A stretch of DNA of 64,000 nt from a virus (lineage: Duplodnaviria > Caudoviricetes): the IMG/VR virus record IMGVR_UViG_3300029305_001452, positions 1 to 64,000 of that record; one strand, 5' to 3'. The position numbers and the translations under genes were made by a program. The notes beneath the pieces were generated by a model. It worked only from the letters and a program-made list of their open reading frames with translations. It was not told where the DNA came from and ran no database searches. Positions 1 to 9,070 of the stretch are shown one piece after another (position 1 is the first letter of the stretch; every line of letters starts with the position of its first letter).

Positions 1-424
1 AACTAGCAGCGAATCCGTCTTCTGCGGTACCTAGTTTTTCAATAGTGTACTCAGGAATAGAGATTTTTTCTTGTGCTGATACAAACAAGCCGTCTTCAAC
101 AACGACAAGAGCATTACCATCCTGAGTAGAAACAGCAACTCCAATAGACTTTCCGCCGTCTGTATTATCAACTATAGCAATAGAACCGTCTACTGGTTTT
201 AAGTTACTCAGACCACCGCCGGCAACAAGTTCGTCTAGTTTAATCTTATCTTCTGCGGACATTAAACCAGACACCATAGATGTGGCAGTTGCGCCAGATG
301 CAATTAGAGTATTACCCTTGTATAGTCTGTTAGTGTCTTCAATAAAATACAAGGCCAGACTATTCTTCTCGGTTAAAGCATCATATTTTGCTTGTGTACC
401 AAAATAAAATTTTACATTAGCCAT
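1..424 (-). CDS. Putative virion/tail fibre-associated protein, N-terminal part (runs off window)
   Basis: ATG at 424 after an AAAGGAG RBS; reads MANVKFYFGTQAKYDALTEKNSLALYFIED..GLMSAEDKIKLD; absent from the ORF track because truncated. Confidence 0.7.
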   Translation of the reverse strand, partial: MANVKFYFGTQAKYDALTEKNSLALYFIEDTNRLYKGNTLIASGATATSMVSGLMSAEDKIKLDELVAGGGLSNLKPVDGSIAIVDNTDGGKSIGVAVSTQDGNALVVVEDGLFVSAQEKISIPEYTIEKLGTAEDGFAAS

Positions 425-488
425 TTTTTCTCTCCTTTCAATAAAATTATTAATATATGGAAAGCTATCTTAGCCTAACCAACAAAGA

Positions 489-1223
489 TTATAGTGACTC
501 CCAAATATAATCGGAGTTCGATTCAACCCCGTCAATTTCAGACCATTCATCAAAAGGATTTAGGTCAACAGGCTTAGGATTTTCAAGGCCACCATTATTT
601 GTCCAAGAAAGAATTAAGTCTTCAGAAATATTAGGAATAAATGTTACACCATCGACATTGCCAACATAACCAGCGTCAATAACCTTTCCGTTGGTAAGAG
701 TGACAATTAAATGGCCGTCTGCATTAACTTCACAATTATCAATGCAAGGTGCTCCGTCACTAGGCAATTCAACACGATTGCCAACCAACTCTCCGTTTGC
801 AACAAGTTGTATATATTTACCATCCTCATCATAATAAATATCATCTGCTTTATTTTCATTAAGATTTTCTAGCATAATATCAATCTGAGTAAACTTTTCC
901 TCAATTTCTTCATTTTGATCAGAAATATAGTCGCTTGGCATTGGGCGCTTAACAACCGCAAACTTTACAGATTTTACGGTGGCACCATTAGTGTAAGCAT
1001 ATACAACTAAATTTCTAGGTAGCTTTAATAAGTCACTTGGAACATTACAAATTCTAATTCCATCATTATCCACATATACATCTTTCTTAATTGAATGAGT
1101 CATATTTCTGTTTGAAAAATGGACTTCGTCAATAGACTCATCAAGAACAATTAACTTCTGCCTAGTGTCCCATTGCCAAAAGTTTGTACGTCCATCATAT
1201 ATTTTAAATATGTTTTGTGGCAC
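489..1223 (-). CDS. Putative tail/baseplate-associated structural protein
   Basis: AGGAGG RBS; FWQWD N-terminus and LSWTNNGGLENP segment typical of phage tail-fibre-region proteins. Confidence 0.55.
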   Translation of the reverse strand: MPQNIFKIYDGRTNFWQWDTRQKLIVLDESIDEVHFSNRNMTHSIKKDVYVDNDGIRICNVPSDLLKLPRNLVVYAYTNGATVKSVKFAVVKRPMPSDYISDQNEEIEEKFTQIDIMLENLNENKADDIYYDEDGKYIQLVANGELVGNRVELPSDGAPCIDNCEVNADGHLIVTLTNGKVIDAGYVGNVDGVTFIPNISEDLILSWTNNGGLENPKPVDLNPFDEWSEIDGVESNSDYIWESL

Positions 1224-1279
1224 TTTCGCACCTCCTTTTTAATATTGATATAAATCAATATCTTTAACTTTTTTGATAA

Positions 1280-3001
1280 TTAATCTCCATATAATTCCCA
1301 AGTTTCACCATTTCCAATATAGGGAACATACGCTTCATAACTAGAGCCATTACCGATATAAACGACATAAGTATCAAATGTACTATCGTTACCAATTGAA
1401 ACGCCACGAATTCTTGCAGTTGAACTTATAAGTGTATCTCCAGAAACAGTAAGCGTATTACCAGATATAAATTCCTCACCGTTTACATTATGAGCAATAA
1501 CCTTATAGCCATCAATTGCCCCAAATTCAATGGTTAAAACATCTCCATTTTTTACTTTTGCTCCGTTTGAAATAGCTGTTCCATTTTTTAAAACGCTAAT
1601 TATTGAACCAGCTCCAGCAGAAGTGGTAAGCAAAAATTCACTCAAATTCGCAGAAGAAACAATGGTCACATTTCCAGAGACAGTGTGCGTTCTTCCAGAT
1701 GTGAAATTAGAGCCATTAACCTTTAATGAAGACAATTGGTGTCCGTCTGTAGCATTTGCAGTTATGGTTAACACATCTCCATATGTAATAGTTGCTCCGT
1801 TAGATAAGGTTGTAGAGCCTCGTTTAACCGTAATATCTGTGTCTGAGCCAGCAGAAATGGTGAGTGTAAATGTATCAAGTTCAGCACTAACTGTGATAGT
1901 ACGGTTTGAGTTCATAGTCCAAGTGGTCGTATCGGTCTTTGACGAAGATTCATCTATAGCCCATGAACCTCCAGTAGAGCCATCTGCATAATTTCCTGCA
2001 TATCCCGTTAAACGATAACCGGTCGAAGCAGTCGCAGTGGTTGTTGCTTTTGTGCCGTATTCATAAGTTCCGCCGCCAGTAAACGAGGCAACACCAGTGC
2101 CTTTTTTAAGGGTTAATGTATACTTATTTTTCGTAGCAGTAGCTTTAAATGTAGTATTGGCAGTAATAGTAACATTTCCATTACTATGTGATTGCGAAGC
2201 CTTAGTATATCCAGTACTATAACTAAAGCTAACCGAAAGAACAGTTCCGTGGTTCACTTTTGTACCACTAGAAATCGTTGTACTGCCATTCTTAACGGTG
2301 ATACTTGTGCCAGTTCCAGCTGAAATAGTAATCGTATATTGTTTAATTGTTGTTGTTGCGGACACTGTTACATTTCCTTTTACTGTGTGCGTATTGCCAG
2401 ATGTAAATGTGCTACTATTAACCTTTAATGTAGGAGTGTTATAACCAGTTGATGCACTCGCTGAAATAGTTAGTACATCTCCGTAAGTAATAGACGCACC
2501 ATTTGAAAGCGTTGTGCTTCCTCTCTTAACCGATATTGTAGTGCCAGTTCCTTGAGAAATTGACAACTTAAAGGTTCGATTGATTTTTGTCAGTGTAACA
2601 GTCTTAGAATTAGAGGCGCTCCAATATGCGCCACTAACATTTCGTTTATATTCCTTAACCGACGCAGAAATTACAATAGACTTGCTACCGTCTGCATCGT
2701 GGGCAACATTGACTGAACCAAGCGCTCCGCTAACAGTAACCGGCGTATTTAATGCGCCAACATAAACACTATGTGTACCATCATGACTGCTCATGGATAC
2801 AGCCGCAGAACCATTTATAGTTATAGTTCCATCTAAATAGCGCTCACCAGTAATCCAAGCACTTTGAATAACTTCCATTTTCGTAATTGCTACATTGGAA
2901 GTATTCGTTGCGGCGTCATATGTTTCTGAATAGTAAATATTAAGAGTAGCACCATAGCTTGTGTCTTTTAATACTAGAGTGCCAGTTATACCTTGTGCCA
3001 T
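1280..3001 (-). CDS. Ser/Thr-rich virion protein with tandem beta-sandwich (InlB B-repeat/Ig-like) domains, putative adhesin
   Basis: About five ~75-aa repeats (xTLTISAGTGTxITVKxGSTTLSNGAxITYGDVLTI...V.GNVTV); lies in the tail region. Confidence 0.7.
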   Translation of the reverse strand: MAQGITGTLVLKDTSYGATLNIYYSETYDAATNTSNVAITKMEVIQSAWITGERYLDGTITINGSAAVSMSSHDGTHSVYVGALNTPVTVSGALGSVNVAHDADGSKSIVISASVKEYKRNVSGAYWSASNSKTVTLTKINRTFKLSISQGTGTTISVKRGSTTLSNGASITYGDVLTISASASTGYNTPTLKVNSSTFTSGNTHTVKGNVTVSATTTIKQYTITISAGTGTSITVKNGSTTISSGTKVNHGTVLSVSFSYSTGYTKASQSHSNGNVTITANTTFKATATKNKYTLTLKKGTGVASFTGGGTYEYGTKATTTATASTGYRLTGYAGNYADGSTGGSWAIDESSSKTDTTTWTMNSNRTITVSAELDTFTLTISAGSDTDITVKRGSTTLSNGATITYGDVLTITANATDGHQLSSLKVNGSNFTSGRTHTVSGNVTIVSSANLSEFLLTTSAGAGSIISVLKNGTAISNGAKVKNGDVLTIEFGAIDGYKVIAHNVNGEEFISGNTLTVSGDTLISSTARIRGVSIGNDSTFDTYVVYIGNGSSYEAYVPYIGNGETWELYGD

Positions 3002-3234
3002 TAGCCACTCACCTTCTTAAAGAATATCGCACCTCTAGGCGCAGCAGATGGGAGGGAAGAACCATATAAGCTGTCATCTAAAATATTGGACGCAATTTTA
3101 GATTCCATATCTGCAATAATAGCATCTAATCCTCTTCCACTTTCATCACTAACAGCGCTAACTTTAGTTCTTGGGAAAAGAGCTTCTGTCTTTTCCTTAT
3201 CGGAATATAAAGTTTTGACTTTGCCAGCAGACAT
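3001..3234 (-). CDS. Small tail-fibre-associated protein
   Basis: LFPRTKVSAV and YGSSLPSAAPRGAIFFK segments; translationally coupled to neighbours. Confidence 0.55.
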   Translation of the reverse strand: MSAGKVKTLYSDKEKTEALFPRTKVSAVSDESGRGLDAIIADMESKIASNILDDSLYGSSLPSAAPRGAIFFKKVSG

Positions 3235-3362
3235 TACTCTTCACCTCTTTTTAAAATTTCTTTCGCTTGTTCTTCTGTAATAATACATTTAGTTACTGCA
3301 TCATTTACCATTTTTTCAGTCCAAAGACCTTGTTTATGCCATTTCATAATTTTTTCAAACAT
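3234..3362 (-). CDS. XkdX family protein
   Basis: 42 aa MFEKIMKWHKQGLWTEKMVNDAVTKCIITEEQAKEIL, the XkdX pattern; below the ORF-track cutoff. Confidence 0.85.
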   Translation of the reverse strand: MFEKIMKWHKQGLWTEKMVNDAVTKCIITEEQAKEILKRGEE

Positions 3363-3366
3363 ATTA

Positions 3367-3618
3367 TTACACCTCCAATAGAGTATCAGTCATCATAGCA
3401 GTGTATGTTATCTGAGACTCAATTCTATCAAGTTGAGTAGGAGATTCTATTTCAAACTCTCCGTCAACATTAATTTCTCCAATTGCTTCCTTTTCTGCGA
3501 TGGGCAGGTTTGCATCATACTGTGCTTTCGTATCGCAGATAATTTCCTTTTCACTAAAAACCTGTTCGCCATCAGGCTTTTCATAAGCCAAAAATTGATA
3601 TTTGATGATTTTTGCCAT
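3367..3618 (-). CDS. XkdW-like tail fibre assembly protein
   Basis: Between fibre gene and XkdX; C-terminal PTQLDRIESQITYTAMMTDTLLE. Confidence 0.6.
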   Translation of the reverse strand: MAKIIKYQFLAYEKPDGEQVFSEKEIICDTKAQYDANLPIAEKEAIGEINVDGEFEIESPTQLDRIESQITYTAMMTDTLLEV

Positions 3619-3632
3619 AGATGCTCACCCCT

Positions 3633-4487
3633 TTAGTCCGTGGATTTTGTGTACTTTATGGTTACATAGGCAGCATAATTATTCCAAGTTTCGGTGGTCT
3701 TAACAAACACATTCGTAGATGTCGCATAAATGTTAATCGTGCCAATGGAATCGGCATTCCATTGTGTCGGGAAGTAATATCTGCCGGAATGACCCCACAC
3801 CGCCACAAAGTTTTTACTATTGGAAATACCATGAGGGGTTTCAGATTTAGCATTACTGGGCAACATTCCAACGCTGATGCACTTTGCATACACAGGTTTC
3901 CCTTGATAACGCTCCGTGGTTCTGTATTCCACGCCCACTTCCATAGGTGGGTTTTGCCACTCTAATGGCTTCCATGCGCCCGAAAACTTTACTTTGAAAA
4001 TCAACGAGCCTGTCAAGTTGGCAGACCATGCCTTGATGCTACCGTTGTTTTGGGAAGACTTTGATAGAATGCCAAACCAACCATGAGAAGTTGCTGACGG
4101 ATAGCCAGTCCAGTAGACTAGTTTAGTAGTTGCACCACTCATGGCACTATAAACATCCTCTAACAAGGTTGTTAATTCATCATCAGTCTCAACTCTGGCG
4201 CTTTTCAAAGAAATAGCTGCGCCACCATAACCATACCCAGCAGATGCTTTACTATCTTCTAAAGCTTGTAATCCAGATGTTAAATCACTAACCAATGCAT
4301 ACTCATCTGGAGTTCTGCCACCGAAAGTATCTATGTTGATAACTTCTGAATAAATATCTTCGCCGTCTTCTAGTGCATAAACAGGTTCGTCCGCAACTGC
4401 AACAAACTCGTCCGCGTGCATTCCATCTAGGGTATCTGCATCACTGGATCCAAAAGACCCTAAAATTTGCAATTTTTTAGTACTCAA
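3633..4487 (-). CDS. Tail fibre/receptor-binding-like protein
   Basis: DADTLDG motif; WQNPPMEVGVEYRTTERYQGKPVY and C-terminal YTK typical of clostridial phage fibre tips. Confidence 0.65.
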   Translation of the reverse strand: MSTKKLQILGSFGSSDADTLDGMHADEFVAVADEPVYALEDGEDIYSEVINIDTFGGRTPDEYALVSDLTSGLQALEDSKASAGYGYGGAAISLKSARVETDDELTTLLEDVYSAMSGATTKLVYWTGYPSATSHGWFGILSKSSQNNGSIKAWSANLTGSLIFKVKFSGAWKPLEWQNPPMEVGVEYRTTERYQGKPVYAKCISVGMLPSNAKSETPHGISNSKNFVAVWGHSGRYYFPTQWNADSIGTINIYATSTNVFVKTTETWNNYAAYVTIKYTKSTD

Positions 4488-4562
4488 TTAAATCACTTCC
4501 TTTATAAAAATGATCGTTTAATATTTTTAAGCGCTATAAATATAGCACTTTTATTTTTCGTT

Positions 4563-4787
4563 TTAATTTAATTCGTGTGCATCCCATAGTTCTTTTGCTT
4601 TACGTGTTTCTGGACACTTCTTAAATACAAAAACCATGGAATCTTCTCGTTTAGTGCCCGTATAAAGAATATCTAAAAAATATTCTGGACCAAGGTATGA
4701 CAAATAACGCTTTGCCTGTAGCATATTTGGAATATAAATACAATTCGCAGCGTCATATACCTTCTGAGTAATTGGAGACTTTACCAA
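4563..4787 (-). CDS. Small conserved phage protein (DUF5659-like)
   Basis: I.N..QA..Y and MVFVF pattern; GGAGG RBS. Confidence 0.5.
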   Translation of the reverse strand: MVKSPITQKVYDAANCIYIPNMLQAKRYLSYLGPEYFLDILYTGTKREDSMVFVFKKCPETRKAKELWDAHELN

Positions 4788-4810
4788 TTCCTTTTCCTCC
4801 TTTTTTGCAT

Positions 4811-4858
4811 AAAAAAATAAGGAGCTAGGCTTCGTTGTATGAAGTATAGCTCCTTATT
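4811..4858 (-). terminator. Intrinsic terminator
   Basis: AATAAGGAGCTA..TAGCTCCTTATT inverted repeat followed by a T run on the minus strand. Confidence 0.7.
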
Positions 4859-5264
4859 CATTTTCTTGTTTAACTACTTCATGTGTGTGTTTCTTCGCCT
4901 TGCGAGGAGTTACTTCTACAATAACTTCGTCTTCGGCAACTTCTTTAATCTCTGCATCTACAATCGCAACAATTGGTTCTTCTTCAATAATAACTTCCTC
5001 AACTTTAAATAAGTTGGATAAAGTATTTTGCACAGATGGTCTAAAGTTTAGTTTGTTAGATAGATCACACTTTTCAATTGCGGATTGAGCTTCTTCTTTA
5101 GTAAGCATTTCCATATTGAAACGGGTGCAAATATCAAAAATATCTTTGCAATTCTCTGAGTGGAATTCTGCCATCCAAACTGGCTTAGTGCGATCGTTGG
5201 TGCAGGTGGGGCAGTATTTATAAGACTCGCCACATAAATAGCATTCACGTGATTTACGTCCCAT
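4854..5264 (-). CDS. Hypothetical protein with N-terminal Zn finger
   Basis: CYLC..YKYCPTC..HSENC; start moved to MGRKS after an AAGGAG RBS. Confidence 0.7.
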   Translation of the reverse strand: MGRKSRECYLCGESYKYCPTCTNDRTKPVWMAEFHSENCKDIFDICTRFNMEMLTKEEAQSAIEKCDLSNKLNFRPSVQNTLSNLFKVEEVIIEEEPIVAIVDAEIKEVAEDEVIVEVTPRKAKKHTHEVVKQENE

Positions 5265-5289
5265 AGGGTTCACGCTCCTTTCGTAAATA

Positions 5290-5320
5290 AAAAATGAGCT
5301 ACCGTGAGGGTGGCTCATTT
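5290..5320 (-). terminator. Intrinsic terminator after endonuclease gene
   Basis: AAATGAGCTACC/GGTGGCTCATTT hairpin plus T run on the minus strand. Confidence 0.55.
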
Positions 5321-6490
5321 GTTGAGGATCGAGTTAATTTTATTAAGAATTAATTCTTCCATTTTATTGAATTCATAATACCAAATATCTAAACAATGTA
5401 TATTATTTCGTTTTAAATAATCTCTTTTTATTTTATCATGATAAATTTGTTTTTCAAATTTTTCTTTTCCACCAAACATATCAACAGGGTGTTCGTGCTG
5501 CTCACCCATAATTTCTACAATAAGATTGTAATCTGGAAGATAAAAATCAAATGGGAGAGTATATTTATCACGACAATCATCAAAGCGTTTTTGTGGTTCG
5601 TATTTATACTTATATTTTTGGAAAATTGATTCTGCGGATAGTTCACCTTTACTCATAGATTCTTCAATATAACACGATAAACACTGATAACCACTTAAAA
5701 TATTTGTCCAATATGACCAATATGGTTGATGGTTTTCATTAGGACATTTAATTAATGCCTTTAGATATTTACAATCATCGTTGTTTGGCGTTTGTATATC
5801 TAACAACTTATAACCATAATAATGTTCTTCCAAATATTGTTGCATTGTATTTTTATTCCAATATCCATAAGGAACTCTTTTATGTCCATATTTATTTTCA
5901 TAACATCCATTACAAGAAAATCCAAACCTAGATAAATTAGAAATACGAACACTACATTCATAACCACATTCAGGACAAACTACATCAACATATTTTTCAC
6001 TACCAAATGTGTATTTATATGAGTCTTCTTTATATTTTAAATATTTAATTAAATCTGGCCTAGTAGTAGCAATGTCATTAATACCAACCATTACGGTTCT
6101 ATTTGAACAAACAGAACATTGGCTTCCACGCATTAATTTTCTTGGATCCGCACTCCATACATATCCGTCAATAGAACATTTAACTAAAATTCTTGTATCC
6201 ATATTGACATATTCTCCAATGACTTCAATGTTTGGATTAATATTTTTTAAATCTTCTACAAACTTATTATGAGATTTTGTTTGTTTTCTAGATTGCTTTT
6301 CATTACCACATTTCCTGCAACCATGTCCTCTAAGCATATTCTGTGGGAAAGCATCAAATTCAAAATCATGAATCAAACATTTAAAACGAATTTTTGTATT
6401 CATATTAATATATCTGCCAATAACTTTAATATCTGGCAAAACTAAACTTAATTCTTTTTCAAATTCCTCTTGTGTTTTTCTCTTTTTCAT
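5315..6490 (-). CDS. Free-standing homing endonuclease-like protein (Zn-ribbon repeats plus C-terminal Vsr-like/PD-(D/E)xK nuclease)
   Basis: Repeated I.VIG.Y.NM.T.I..KC..G..C..C units; C-terminal SKGE..LPFDFYLPDYNLIVEIMGEQH..D.IK; more AT-rich than the tail tube gene. Confidence 0.8.
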   Translation of the reverse strand: MKKRKTQEEFEKELSLVLPDIKVIGRYINMNTKIRFKCLIHDFEFDAFPQNMLRGHGCRKCGNEKQSRKQTKSHNKFVEDLKNINPNIEVIGEYVNMDTRILVKCSIDGYVWSADPRKLMRGSQCSVCSNRTVMVGINDIATTRPDLIKYLKYKEDSYKYTFGSEKYVDVVCPECGYECSVRISNLSRFGFSCNGCYENKYGHKRVPYGYWNKNTMQQYLEEHYYGYKLLDIQTPNNDDCKYLKALIKCPNENHQPYWSYWTNILSGYQCLSCYIEESMSKGELSAESIFQKYKYKYEPQKRFDDCRDKYTLPFDFYLPDYNLIVEIMGEQHEHPVDMFGGKEKFEKQIYHDKIKRDYLKRNNIHCLDIWYYEFNKMEELILNKINSILNK

Positions 6491-6605
6491 GTGTCCTCAA
6501 CCTCACACTACTAAACTTTCCTCTTTTATAAAACATAAAGAGGGGAGGGAGAGGTTCCTCCCCTTATCAGTTCAAATAGCTAATTTAAACCTACTTTATG
6601 TATAT

Positions 6606-6634
6606 ATTATAACACATTAATTTCGTATTGTCAA
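6606..6634 (-). promoter_or_regulatory. Consensus sigma-A promoter for the endonuclease gene
   Basis: TTGACA-17 nt-TATAAT on the minus strand. Confidence 0.85.
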
Positions 6635-6644
6635 GTGTTATTAA

Positions 6645-7794
6645 TTATTCTGCATCACCAGGAATAATGATGGAGAATAATCTCTTCTCTTTATCACAGT
6701 CGCTAATCTTCAACTAAAGTCGTTAATTTTAGCCAGCACCATTACGTGCATCTTATACTTTCATATAAGGCGAGACTATATCATCACCCAGTTAAACTGG
6801 GGCATACCACTTCGAGCCACTTAGCTCTACGGCTTACGCCTAGTCGTTGAACCTTTTCCTATTCGGAACTTGGCTGCTGATTACCCATTGTTTAAATGTT
6901 TAGGATTTAACCTTGCATCATCCAATTAATTTTTTATACTTTCGTAGCATTCGCACTTAAGCATTTTTCATCTTTATGCTGTAGCTTAATTGGCTTTAGG
7001 GGTTTCCAGCAATTCAATATGTTTATCAAAACAGCTTATGCTGCTAGGGATCTATATTTCAAATCTTGCTGTGCTTTCATAGAGAAGGGATGGGTGCCAT
7101 CGGTAGCAATGCTCCAGTCGAAGTCGGGGCTTAGCTTAGCGTTGTTGAAGATAACATAAGCGTAAACTAGGTTGGTCTGATCACAAACGTCACAACCTAG
7201 TACTTCCATAACGAACTTGCAGCCAACAGGGAAGTTCTTAGCAGAGTTGACAACCTCAACAGCGTTTTCGGTTTCATACTCATACATAACGAACATCTCG
7301 GTACCAACCTTTACATCGGTGGGTAGAGAAATAGTTCTATCAGCGATAGAGAAAGCTTCTGCGGTAGCAGCATCTTCCTTACCATACTTAACACCAAAGG
7401 TGCTATCGTCATTTAGAGCATAGATCTCCTTAGGAGCAGCAACGGGAGTGTGCTTTAGGTCATACTTGCCGCCCTCAGCAACGGTGAAGCTCTCCATAGC
7501 AGGAGCAACAATCTTAGAACCAGCAGAAGCAACCTTCTTCTCAGTACCTAGCTGAGTAGCCATTAGGTTCATGTCGAATAGAGCGTTCTCAGCAGAGAAT
7601 TCTGCAGACTTAGCTCTGTAGAAAGTAGCAATAGGAGTACCCATTGCGTCAACAGCATCAGTAGACTCAGAAGCACAGTTTAGAGAAGCGTTCTGGATCT
7701 GGTTGATGGAGAATAGAACGGAATCATCCTTCTGGGATAGAGCAACACCACGGACAATTCTATCAATAACAAAGTTGTTTAAATCGAAAGCCAT
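6645..7794 (-). CDS. Major tail tube protein (SPbeta YomU position), spliced join(7794..7062,6700..6645), 262 aa
   Basis: Follows head-tail genes; highly expressed codon pattern; removing the intron restores ..MKAQQD-Y-CDKEKRLFSIIIPGDAE*. Confidence 0.8.
6701..7061 (-). ncRNA. Group I intron (361 nt, no ORF) in tail tube gene
   Basis: Exon ends in U and intron ends in G; core elements in order: AAUUGCUGGAAA (P), AAUCAGCAG (Q), UUCAACGACUA (R), GAUAUAGUC (S); excision restores the frame. Confidence 0.92.
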
Positions 7795-7839
7795 AATAAT
7801 TTACCTCCATAAAATAATTTTTAAAATATTAAAAGAACA

Positions 7840-8571
7840 TTAAAGCTCCTTCATCCAATTCAATTCTGCCTTATTAATCTTCTTCATATCTATAGTGCCA
7901 GCATAACAAGCAGACAATAAATGATCTGCGTTATGTATCACCTGTAATCTTGCAACATCATTCATAAATTCTACATAGCCCATATTGAGCACATATTCCT
8001 TAGTATAACATTGCTTTACCTTAACAGATGATATTAACGGCAACAAAAAAGATTTAAAAGGTTTATCTTTATTTAATTTTAGTCTCATCCTATCATCTTC
8101 AATTAAAATCTTTTTAGTCATTTTATTAGCAGCCTTTTCAATTTTCGGTGTAATATTAAATGCCTTGCGAAGATAGGAAACAATTTTAAGATATATCATT
8201 TTGTCAATAAGAATTCCAGTTTCCTTATCTGCCAAAATAATTTCACCCTCAATATGTGGGTGATTAAATGGTTTTAATTTTGAAAAATCTAAATCTCCAA
8301 ATAGAAGATTAGTTCTATCTGGTGTTAATGTCTGTGAAAGCATTACAAAAAGTTCAAAATCATCCACTTCCATCCAGTCCAGGCCCATATCCCAAAGTTG
8401 AGATTTCATATCGCTAGGAATCGCAGTTATTGTATGAACAACAGAGAAGAAGTCACGTTCTCCAAATTCCGCTATTTTTCTTATAGTTGGTTGCAAGACC
8501 TTTATATTGTCATTAATAACAAAGTCATCACCAATATAAAGCTTTAAATCATCAACGTCTAAGTTTGTCAT
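7840..8571 (-). CDS. Conserved phage morphogenesis protein (YomV position)
   Basis: Synteny; IKVLQPTIRKI and YAGTIDMKKI segments. Confidence 0.55.
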   Translation of the reverse strand: MTNLDVDDLKLYIGDDFVINDNIKVLQPTIRKIAEFGERDFFSVVHTITAIPSDMKSQLWDMGLDWMEVDDFELFVMLSQTLTPDRTNLLFGDLDFSKLKPFNHPHIEGEIILADKETGILIDKMIYLKIVSYLRKAFNITPKIEKAANKMTKKILIEDDRMRLKLNKDKPFKSFLLPLISSVKVKQCYTKEYVLNMGYVEFMNDVARLQVIHNADHLLSACYAGTIDMKKINKAELNWMKEL

Positions 8572-9070
8572 TTGGATTATACATCCTTGCATTATTTAGC
8601 GCATTTGTTTTTGTGGCTTCAAACTTTAAAGTTCTACAATAATAGTCACCATCGATAGTGCTTTCCTTGTTATAAATTAAATGAAACTGTAATCCAAACA
8701 TATTCGTCCAGTTAAAAGTATCTCTAATTAAATATCCAAGTAGATCATGCCTATCAATACCATATTCGGTTTTCATATCACCTAAATGACAAATAACAGT
8801 AAATGTGAGATTTTGAATTTTCATAACCTCATTAAAACGATGATCTTCTATATCATCAACAGTCACACAAATAAAATTTCTAACTGTATCTTGAGTTTGT
8901 GGAATTCTAATAAATCCAAAAATGTTTCTGTCCAGAAATTCATCCGGGCTATCAATATCAATATCAGAATGCAACGCCTCTAGAATATCAGTGTCCTCTA
9001 TCAACTTTTGTTTAATCTGTCTTTTCATACTACAAATATCATCGTTAATGTTTTGAATATCTCGTATCAT
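8552..9070 (-). CDS. Putative tail completion/terminator protein
   Basis: Size and position upstream of tail tube; ICH..RHDLL motif. Confidence 0.55.
   Translation of the reverse strand: MIRDIQNINDDICSMKRQIKQKLIEDTDILEALHSDIDIDSPDEFLDRNIFGFIRIPQTQDTVRNFICVTVDDIEDHRFNEVMKIQNLTFTVICHLGDMKTEYGIDRHDLLGYLIRDTFNWTNMFGLQFHLIYNKESTIDGDYYCRTLKFEATKTNALNNARMYNPNDKLRR

Noticed and set aside
1-4487. Diversity-generating retroelement acting on tail fibres
   Set aside because: No reverse transcriptase and no adenine-variable TR/VR pair seen in the window
6533-6601. Hammerhead ribozyme (CUGAUAA resembles CUGANGA)
   Set aside because: The required GAAA and UH cleavage triplet are not in position
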